The notes below the pieces were generated by a model. That model saw only the letters and a program-made list of their open reading frames with translations. It had not been told where the DNA came from and made no database searches. From Synechococcus sp. UW140 (GTDB lineage Bacteria > Cyanobacteriota > Cyanobacteriia > PCC-6307 > Cyanobiaceae), in contig CALRND020000007.1 of assembly GCA_943369455.1 (NCBI GenBank), forward strand, positions 115,388 to 179,387: DNA of 64,000 bases, written 5' to 3'. This document shows positions 1-7,576 of the stretch, piece after piece. The position numbers were made by a program, and so were the translations under genes. Position 1 is the first letter of the stretch. The number at the start of each line of letters is the position of its first letter.

Positions 1-300
1 CTGCGAGTGCTGCGGCGCGCACGAGCACCAGCGGGCCCTGGAGGTGGACCACAGCATCCCGAAAAACCAGGGCGGCTCCGACGCCATCAGCAACCTGCAG
101 GCCCTCTGCATCCGCTGCAACGCCGGTAAGCGCGACGGCTGTTTGCCTACGCAAGAGGGCGCACCGACTTCCGTGGTGTGCAGGCCAGCTACCTCCACCG
201 CGAGGCGGGCTGTGTGTTCTGCGTGCTGGAGGGCAGCGGCCGGGTGCTGCTGGAGAACGAGGGGCACAGCCTTGTGATCCCTCGGCGTCACGTGGTGGGC
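1..300 (+). pseudogene. HNH endonuclease / HIT hydrolase fusion remnant, copy 1 (5' end outside window, 3' part missing)
   Basis: Frame 2 reads CECCGAHEHQRALEVDH..NLQALCIRCNAGKRD (HNH motif). Frame 1 from GTG 178 reads HREAGCVFC..GHSLVIPRRH (N-terminal half of a HIT domain). Similarity to copy 2 (1330-1620) stops at about 300, where an antisense PIN gene begins. Confidence 0.6.
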
Positions 301-309
301 GCGATGGGC

Positions 310-726
310 TCAGCTCTCCAGGTAACGCTCCACCGTGTTGGTGGTCCAGGTTGCGATGCCGATGCCGAAGAAGTCCTGATCCTCCGTCCAGATGGCGCAT
401 TCCAATTGCAACGCCAGCGCCAGGGCAGGCCAGTCATCCTTATCGCGGATCCTCGCCAAGGCCTCCTCCTTGGCCGACCCCAGCAGGCTGTTTTCCACAA
501 CCTGGACAATCAACAGCAGGCTGAGCAAAGCCTTAGCGCAGACCTCTTGATCGAGACCTCTCTTCCTGGCGAGATCAGTCACGTAGGCGGTCGCCTCGGC
601 CACGTTGGCTTCAGCGACAAAGAAGTCCACCTGATCGGCGTAATGGGCGATGAGCGCACGCACCCGAAGGCCGAGACAGCCGCGAATGAGGATGTTCGCG
701 TCCAGGACCATGCGCTTGCGCTCCAC
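310..726 (-). CDS. PIN-domain ribonuclease toxin (VapC-like)
   Basis: 138-aa ORF. MVLDANILIR N-terminus with conserved acidic positions (D9, E39, D116/D118 region) typical of PIN. Sits 2 nt downstream of a small antitoxin-like ORF. Confidence 0.75.
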   Translation of the reverse strand: MERKRMVLDANILIRGCLGLRVRALIAHYADQVDFFVAEANVAEATAYVTDLARKRGLDQEVCAKALLSLLLIVQVVENSLLGSAKEEALARIRDKDDWPALALALQLECAIWTEDQDFFGIGIATWTTNTVERYLES

Positions 727-728
727 CC

Positions 729-998
729 TCAGGCCGACGGCTGCTCAGGGCGGCCTTTCCGCCAGGCCTTGAAGTCGGCACTGAGCTCGTTTTCGCTCAA
801 ACCGAGACGCTCCAGTTCAGCCTGCATCAGCCGGCCAGCCTCCAACACCTTCTCCCGATCACTCAGGTTGCCTTGCTGGGGCAAGGGCACGTAGAGGCCA
901 ATGGTGCGGCCATGGCGGGTCACCTCAATCGGCGTGGACGATTCCAGATGGGAGGCCAGCCGGGACCTGAGTTCACGGATGCCAATACGGGTCGCCAC
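729..998 (-). CDS. Type II antitoxin (Phd/YefM-like N-terminus) paired with the PIN toxin
   Basis: GTG at 998 preceded by AGGAGGAAGG. VATRIGIRELRSRLASHLESSTPIEVTRHGRTIGLYVPL. The longer 151-aa ORF upstream of this start is Pro/Gly/Ala-rich and unlikely to be coding. Confidence 0.6.
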   Translation of the reverse strand: MATRIGIRELRSRLASHLESSTPIEVTRHGRTIGLYVPLPQQGNLSDREKVLEAGRLMQAELERLGLSENELSADFKAWRKGRPEQPSA

Positions 999-1060
999 GC
1001 CTTCCTCCTGCCAAATGTGTACACATCCTAGGGCTGGCTGGGGAAGTCGGGCGGCGATAG

Positions 1061-1886
1061 CGGTGGCGGGTATGGACTGGGGCGGCACAGCCACACCAGG
1101 AGCCGGGTTGGCTGGAGCCCCCAGGCGCCCACGCCAGAAGGGATCCCAGCCGGGTCGCCCTCCTGTCGGGCCGCCCAACACCAAACCTGGCCCGGTCGCC
1201 CGGAAGCCGCCAGCGCCTCGATGCCTTCCGCGAGCAGCGCGGCGAAGAGGTGTTTGCCCACCGCAGCCGCCACCGCAGCCCGGTCAGTGGCTCGGTGAAC
1301 TACAGGGTTCACCGATGCGCCCAAGGCCGCTGCGAATGCTGCGGTGCACACGAGCATCAACGGGCCCTGGAGGTGGACCACATCGTCCCGAAAAACCAGG
1401 GTGGCTCCAACGCCATCACCAACCTGCAGGCGCTCTGCTTCCGCTGCAACGCCGGCAAGCGCGACGGCTGTTTGCCTACGCAAGAGGGCGCACCGACTTC
1501 CGCGGTGTGCAGGCCAGCGACGGCCACCGCGAAGCGGGCTCTGTGTTCTGCGCGCTGGAGGGCAGCGGCCGGGTGCAGCTGGAGAACGAGGGGACAGCCT
1601 GGTGATCCCGCGTCGTCATGGGGCCGACGGGCTGGAGGCTGCACCAGCCGGAGTGGAACGCCGTGGTGGAGCTGCTGAAGCTGCGGCGGGAGCAGCTCAG
1701 TGCCCAGGACGCATCGATCAGCGGCTGGGCTGGTTTGCTCAACGCAAGAGGGGGCTGAACTCAGGTGAGGCGGCGGGGCAGGCGGTGTTTCATGCGCACT
1801 GGCATCTGATTCCAAGGCGGGTGGGGGATTGTGAGGAGCCGCGGGGTGGGGTGCGGGGGGTGATTGCGGAGCATCGGAGCTATTGA
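1061..1886 (+). pseudogene. HNH endonuclease / HIT hydrolase fusion, copy 2, multiply frameshifted
   Basis: HNH part (..VNYRVHRCAQGRCECCGAHEHQRALEVDHIVPKNQGGSNAITNLQALCFRCNAGKRD) is in one frame. HREAGSVFCALEGSGRV is in a second frame. SLVIPRRH / EWNAVVELLKLRREQLSAQDASISGW / AAGQAVFHAHWHLIPRR (histidine triad at 1791-1805) are split over two further frames. Confidence 0.65.
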
Positions 1887-1916
1887 GATGTGCTCTATAG
1901 GCCAGCATCCAAGAGG

Positions 1917-2789
1917 TCAGATAACGGTTGCCATATAGCTAGAGGGAGAAAGCCGGCATGATTCCGAGAAGGCGCCAGAAAGGGTGAAAAGCCGAGGCTT
2001 AATGTTGAATCCAAACAAACGGTAGAGATAATAGCGAGATGTTTCTGACTCCGACACTGCAAGCTCGTTTCTGGATACGAAGAACGGAGTTTCTCGCCCA
2101 TATTTTGTTGTTTTTACTTCAATAAGTCTATCGGCGCCAGTCTCCTCATACGAGAGAATGTCAAAGCCGGCCCCGTCGCCTCGCGTTTGCGATGTGTGCT
2201 CGACTTTCTCGGCTAGCCTTTCTTTGCCAAGGTTGATCAGCCTTGCTCGCTCAAAGTTCAAGACAAAGAGCTCACCAGCATTACCAAGCGAGCGATTACG
2301 CGCTTCTCTCTCCAAGTAGTTGACTGAGATACATGCCCGAGTCGCCTGAAGGCTTCCTCTACTAGGTTCCTTGTCTCGGGGCTGCATGGCTGGAGGTGTG
2401 GTGAGCACTCCCAAAATATCTTCAACTTCCGGCACCACGATCGGCCTGTCAGCGTCTGCGGCCGCGACATTCAGGAGCTGGCTATCAGATACAAGTCTCT
2501 CGGAAACAACGTCATGCAGCAGGCCTTGATAATTGGATCGAGGCTTGTAACCAGTAATATAAGGGAATCCTAGGTCAATCAGTACAGCACTGATATTCGC
2601 ATGCTTGAACTCAACGGACTGCTCCGAACGACCTGAGAGGCGCTTAATCAGCGCGCGCCGGTGAGCTGCTTTATTGTAAGGAACCCCGGAGAGTTCAGCA
2701 GCAAGCATGGCAAAGTAGTCTGCCACGGTTGCTGCGACTTCCTCTCTTGACCAGTCAGTAGCCATTTCTCGAGGCGCGTTGGATACCAT
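1917..2789 (-). CDS. DUF3883-type (NO VEIN C-terminal, restriction-endonuclease-like fold) protein
   Basis: 290-aa ORF in visibly AT-richer DNA. C-terminal GDGAGFDILSYEETGADRLIEVKTTKYGRETPFFVSRNELAVSE..YYLYRLF matches the DUF3883 signature as I remember it. The N-terminal EFKHANISAVLIDLGFPYITGYKP domain is common in HNH/DUF3883 proteins. Confidence 0.7.
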   Translation of the reverse strand: MVSNAPREMATDWSREEVAATVADYFAMLAAELSGVPYNKAAHRRALIKRLSGRSEQSVEFKHANISAVLIDLGFPYITGYKPRSNYQGLLHDVVSERLVSDSQLLNVAAADADRPIVVPEVEDILGVLTTPPAMQPRDKEPSRGSLQATRACISVNYLEREARNRSLGNAGELFVLNFERARLINLGKERLAEKVEHTSQTRGDGAGFDILSYEETGADRLIEVKTTKYGRETPFFVSRNELAVSESETSRYYLYRLFGFNIKPRLFTLSGAFSESCRLSPSSYMATVI

Positions 2790-2844
2790 CTTTCCCGCTT
2801 GTTATAGGCCGGATTGATGCGCACTGGCACTTAGCTCACCCAGC

Positions 2845-3120
2845 TTGGCCCTGGTTATGGGAGCACCTAGGAACCATCACCGCGAAGCAGGCTGTGCGTT
2901 CTGCGCGCAGGAGGGCAGCGGCCGGGTGCTGCTAGAGAAGGAGCTGGCGCTGTGCATCTCCGACGCCTATCCCGTGAGCGAGGGGCACAGCCTGGTGATC
3001 CCACGGCTGCATCAATCTGCCAGGCCGTACAGCTCAATACGCCGACGTGGTGAAGGTGACGTCAGCATGGTTGGCCAAAGGGGTGGAACGGATGCTCTTG
3101 TCCGTTCCACCGGTGGATGA
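2845..3120 (+). pseudogene. HIT-domain N-terminal fragment, copy 3 (homology about 2872-3010, then unrelated read-through)
   Basis: HHREAGCAFCAQEGSGRVLLEKELALCISDAYPVSEGHSLVIPRLH. No histidine triad follows. Retains a 39-nt segment (ELALCISDAYPVS) that copies 1 and 2 lack. Confidence 0.6.
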
Positions 3121-3910
3121 GGTCAAGACGTTGGCCTGGCCTCCCCATCGGTTAAGGGACGAGAGGTGACTGGAGCAGAACACCAGCACCCGGAAAAGGG
3201 TTGGCTACAGCCACTGCATGCACACGCCGCAAGGTATCCCAGCAGGGGCGATGGCCTGCCGGACTGGCAGTTGACCACGAGCGCCATCGCAGCCGGGTCA
3301 ATCCAGCAGCCTGCCACTCAGGTTTTGTGAATGAAACTGCTAGTCAGATATCCAGATCCTCGTTGATAAGGCGACTTTTAATGCGCTGACCCTTGGCTAG
3401 GATCAACTCCCAGAAAAAAGCCAAGAATCTCCTGGCCTGCGTGAACAAGGATGTGCATAGTTGGTCTTGTAAACGATAGGCGATTGTTAGATTTTACCTG
3501 GGAATGTGGCATGGAAAGCGAAGAGATCGCCGCTCTCAGCAAAGACAACCGACAGACATGGAATTAAATCAAGACATCGGAATGCCTTCAACTGGGTAGC
3601 GGGCCTAATTCAGATTTTGACATTTTCTTAACAGTTAGCCAGGCAGAATGGTGTCCTTCACGGCCTAGTGAAACCGCCCCATTGAACTCCAGGTGCTCGT
3701 TCTTGCATGAGCCCCAACGAAAGACGAAAGGGCAATGCCTAAATTGTATGCATGAGAAGAATCGACAGGATTAAAGTAGATATCCATATATCCATGTCAG
3801 CACTGCTTGACATTGACATGCTAGCCATCAAACTAGATCATCTATCAAAGCACAGCAATTAATCGCGCACGCCGGCCCAAACCAGAGCGAAGCCGCCGTC
3901 CACCAATAGT

Positions 3911-6900
3911 TCACTTATGGAGTTCAATATCAAAACAAACTGTCTCCCCAACACCCTTCGAAAAACTTTCATGATTAAACTTCCTTGGCTCAACATACCA
4001 TACTTCTGAAACACGGGTTGCTGCGGCAAGAGCTGCAAAGGCAACGGCATGAATCTTAGATCCCGTGAGGCCAACTTCAACATTGGCTCCACTTCGAAAG
4101 TAAAGATCACAATAGATCTTCTCGATTTCTTCCAGTGTCTTTTTAAGATCGTTTGATCCTACTTGAATCAAACCAACATTAGCTTCGGCAGCACTTGCCG
4201 CGAGTTCAGCGGCAAACCAAGCTATGCGGCGGCGAGGCGAATCCTTGGGAGGAACAAGTATGCGAGTTGCGTCACTTGACCGAGCATCTAGCAGATGTAA
4301 CAGCCTATCATTCTTAGGAGATGCTGAAGCAATAAGCGCACGCCATCGCTCTGGACTTGCAGCACTTGAATGAACGCTGAAGTGTCTGTAAGGCCCAACC
4401 TCGCCAGTCAATATGTCATCAAGTGAAGCGAGTACATCATTTGATAATAAATTTCCCTCGAGGACCCCCCGATCAACGAGCTCTTGGTTACTTGGAAAGT
4501 ACTCCATTGCAGAGGTATGGACAACTCCAACACGCCGAGTGCTGACAAGGGCATTCATAATCGAGACGAAGATATATGGCTTTGAAAGTCCAGAGGTGTC
4601 TACAATTATAGACTCGCCCTTGATATTGGCCTGAACATCATCGACGCTACCGACAACTATCAGTTCAAGGTTTAAGCTTGATACATACTTTAGAATATCT
4701 GCGCCCTGATTAGTGTCATACTGCAAGAGAATTACCCTTTTAGGAGTAACTGTAGCCAAAAGTCTCTCCGCCGAAGCCTTGGCTCTCTCTTCGAAGCCAA
4801 GAGCCAAAAGCACAGTATCGACATCACGCCCTGCCCATGATTCGAGCACTCCATGGTTGATACTAATTCCAAGAGATGGCACGCATAAACCATCCGCAAT
4901 CAACACGCTTGAGCTAAGATCATTAACTTTTTCGATTATACTTAGTTGCCTGGTTTGGACACGGTTTACTGATTTCGAGATCTTAGTATTCTTGCCATTT
5001 TGCTTTACTAAAGCAGGCTTAGACACCTCTCCTTCCTTAGAACTGTTTGCATTGGCGTCTGATACACTTCCAGAATTAGTCGCCCGACGCGCCTCACTTT
5101 CAATTAATATATTCTTGGCATTCTCTGGATGCTCTAACCACTCTCTGAGCGTGTTTCCAGACAACTCGAATCGATCACGGTCAGAAAGCCCTATAAAGCT
5201 AGCAAGTCCCAGGGTCTTTCTATAAGAAAGCTTGAACTGTAGGACAGGATCATCGTCACGTGTCTTGGTTCTTGGCACTCCACCATCGTAAACAAAGACA
5301 CCAGTATCAAGAAGGTCAAGAATCATACGATATATCTTATCAAAGTCATGCCCAGCATCAACGCGCACGTACAACTTCGTGTATTGTCGCAGTCGCACTT
5401 GGTTTGCAGATAGTTTTAGTAGCTCACCAGCCGCTTGCGCAAAAGCTAGAGCTAGCCCCTTTTTGTGCTGATCACGCCTATTCAGATTATGCAATAAGTG
5501 TGCTGAATGCTCAAGAAAACAGTCAGTTTGTCTCTCATCAGAAACGGGGAGACTGCAACTGTCTCCATCGACTTGCTGAAGAATCTTTTCATAGAGCCTT
5601 AGAACATCGCCGATATCGCCTACGCAGACTGCTTGCAATGCCCGTAGCCCTCTATAGACACGTTTGCGCTCTCTTGAGGTAGCAGAAGAATTGGCAATTT
5701 CTCTGGCAATTACTTCTAGTTCTACGTCACCAAGAACTTCTCTTGGCTCAGCCTTATAAAGGGGATTGCGCCCACTTAGTTTTTGGCCCTTTCTCCGGAG
5801 AATCTCCTCTACAAACTTCATCTTCTGTTGAGTTGAACTCTTCCTCAGAAGACCATAGACTTCGTTTCCGAGATCGAATTCTTCGTAATCACGGTTAGGG
5901 TCAGCAGGGGCTTCGCCACCAGGGGACAGGAGAACACGGTGAAGCGCCTGTGCTTCAGTCGTAATGCGAAAGGCGCAATGGGCATGCTGAAAAAGGAGCT
6001 TTGAAATGACTTCCCGGACAGTATCCTCACTTAGATATCTAGTTGAGACATCATCCAATAGATAAAGAATGTACTTTTGATTGAAAGCCGGTGCCGCTGC
6101 CCTCAACACATCCGCAAGATAACTAAACGCATCTGCGGGCGCCATCTTTAGCCTATAATCCGAGGTTTCATCGGCAAGCTGGAACTGAAGGTCAATCAGA
6201 AAATCGTCAAACGCATGCTCGCCCGAACCTGGAATTCTCTCGAGCGGAATATCTAGTGGCTTCAGTGCATCTCTTAAAAGCATATCAATGCTATCCAATA
6301 AGCCGCCTGATTCTATGGAGCGTAAATGTCGGAGAACCTGTATGCCGTCGCGAAGGTATGCAACATACAGCCTCTCGAAAGGCGCACTGATAGTCGATGC
6401 ATTATCTTGTGGATTGAGTAACTTTTGGCAGGACGAATAAATACCAATAAAATCGTCACTCTTATATCCTGCGGTCATATCATCCGGCGTTGTGGCACGT
6501 GCATGAAAATGCAAGGCACGCAAAAGAATCGTTTTACCACAGCCTCGCATTCCTGTTATTACTTGAGGGCCACGGCCTGACGTCTTTGCCATCCACCTAC
6601 CCTCAGGGTCGAACCATAGGTCAGGCACATGCCAAGACTCAAGAGTTTGAGCGTTATAGCCATCTCCAAATCGTTGCAATTGAAGTGGTACACGCCAAGG
6701 TTCATCGGCTGCATTAACCGCTGCTTCAATAGCAGCTCGTGCTTCATCGCGTGTCATCATTCGCTGTGAACCCGCAGGAGGAGCAAGATGCTCAGCAAGC
6801 CCGCGCAGAGCACTCGCCAATCGATAATCAATATCACTAGAATCTTGGAGCGCCTTGGCAAGAGAAAATAGGTGCTTAGCGATTTGATGCTGGTCACCAA

Positions 6901-7576
6901 GACGATTGGAATCGGAATCGCTTTTACTTGCATCAAGAACTGAACCTAGATCAATCGCCACCGCACGCGTAGTTTCATCAATAGCACTTGATCTATAGGA
7001 TTCTCTCGCAAGACTTTCGATTAGGATATTGCCATCATGAAGATCATTATGGAAGCTTTTGTTCTCGGTAAAATAGTGGAAGATCTCAAATAGGTCGGCT
7101 CCAATCTGAGCCGCCATGCGTGATGTAAGCTTTCGTACTCCGCCTTGCCCTTTAATGAGCTGACCTAATGTAGGGCCTTCTACATTTTTAAGCACCGCGA
7201 CGTGGCATCGAAGTACTGAGTCCCCAAAAGAAACATCTGAATCAAATTTGTCTGTTATGTCAGCTACTAATGTCGAGCCCTCTCCAAGTCTTGCATGCTC
7301 TCTGCACTCTTCATTCCAATCCTTCGCGAAGTATTCGTAGACTTGAGTTGGAACAACTTTGAGGACAACTACTCTGCCAAGCGCCAACTGCTCGGCTCGG
7401 TATACAACACTGTAGAAGCCGCGTGAAACTGCATGCTTTATCTTGTAATTCTCAATCTGACTAGGTTTGTCATGCAATGGCAGCTCATAGGGGCGACCGC
7501 AGGAAGGACAACATTCATTGGGCGTTCTTTCAGAGTAATCCTGAGAAGGACACCAAAAGCAACATAGACTAGGCAT
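3911..7576 (-). CDS. Large multidomain protein: CxxC..CxxC zinc ribbon + protein-kinase-like domain + P-loop NTPase + C-terminal tandem Rossmann-like module
   Basis: Start taken at ATG 7576 (MPSLCCFWCP), which overlaps the upstream stop. Motifs: CCFWCP..CCPSCG (7499-7564); VVLKV Lys; HNDLHDGN catalytic loop (7028-7051); DLG (6944-6952); Walker A GMRGCGKT (6530-6553); Walker B ILYLLDD (6050-6070). Confidence 0.85.
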   Translation of the reverse strand: MPSLCCFWCPSQDYSERTPNECCPSCGRPYELPLHDKPSQIENYKIKHAVSRGFYSVVYRAEQLALGRVVVLKVVPTQVYEYFAKDWNEECREHARLGEGSTLVADITDKFDSDVSFGDSVLRCHVAVLKNVEGPTLGQLIKGQGGVRKLTSRMAAQIGADLFEIFHYFTENKSFHNDLHDGNILIESLARESYRSSAIDETTRAVAIDLGSVLDASKSDSDSNRLGDQHQIAKHLFSLAKALQDSSDIDYRLASALRGLAEHLAPPAGSQRMMTRDEARAAIEAAVNAADEPWRVPLQLQRFGDGYNAQTLESWHVPDLWFDPEGRWMAKTSGRGPQVITGMRGCGKTILLRALHFHARATTPDDMTAGYKSDDFIGIYSSCQKLLNPQDNASTISAPFERLYVAYLRDGIQVLRHLRSIESGGLLDSIDMLLRDALKPLDIPLERIPGSGEHAFDDFLIDLQFQLADETSDYRLKMAPADAFSYLADVLRAAAPAFNQKYILYLLDDVSTRYLSEDTVREVISKLLFQHAHCAFRITTEAQALHRVLLSPGGEAPADPNRDYEEFDLGNEVYGLLRKSSTQQKMKFVEEILRRKGQKLSGRNPLYKAEPREVLGDVELEVIAREIANSSATSRERKRVYRGLRALQAVCVGDIGDVLRLYEKILQQVDGDSCSLPVSDERQTDCFLEHSAHLLHNLNRRDQHKKGLALAFAQAAGELLKLSANQVRLRQYTKLYVRVDAGHDFDKIYRMILDLLDTGVFVYDGGVPRTKTRDDDPVLQFKLSYRKTLGLASFIGLSDRDRFELSGNTLREWLEHPENAKNILIESEARRATNSGSVSDANANSSKEGEVSKPALVKQNGKNTKISKSVNRVQTRQLSIIEKVNDLSSSVLIADGLCVPSLGISINHGVLESWAGRDVDTVLLALGFEERAKASAERLLATVTPKRVILLQYDTNQGADILKYVSSLNLELIVVGSVDDVQANIKGESIIVDTSGLSKPYIFVSIMNALVSTRRVGVVHTSAMEYFPSNQELVDRGVLEGNLLSNDVLASLDDILTGEVGPYRHFSVHSSAASPERWRALIASASPKNDRLLHLLDARSSDATRILVPPKDSPRRRIAWFAAELAASAAEANVGLIQVGSNDLKKTLEEIEKIYCDLYFRSGANVEVGLTGSKIHAVAFAALAAATRVSEVWYVEPRKFNHESFSKGVGETVCFDIELHK

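Noticed and set aside
3123-3389. Two mutually antisense 62-64-aa ORFs in the island's non-coding left end.
   Set aside because: Cys/Trp/Arg-rich or otherwise odd composition, no RBS, no motif.
3344-3493. Minus-strand open frame ending ..FLAFFWELILAKGQRIKSRLINEDLDI* that reads like the tail of a real protein.
   Set aside because: On careful re-translation it is only about 49 codons between stops and has no ATG, GTG or TTG start. At best it is a gene remnant, and it is not supportable as a feature.
3617-3818. Three plus-strand TTGACA hexamers (3617, 3807, 3813) as promoters for an antisense or small RNA.
   Set aside because: None has a convincing -10 at the proper spacing. Mentioned only inside the non-coding-region finding.
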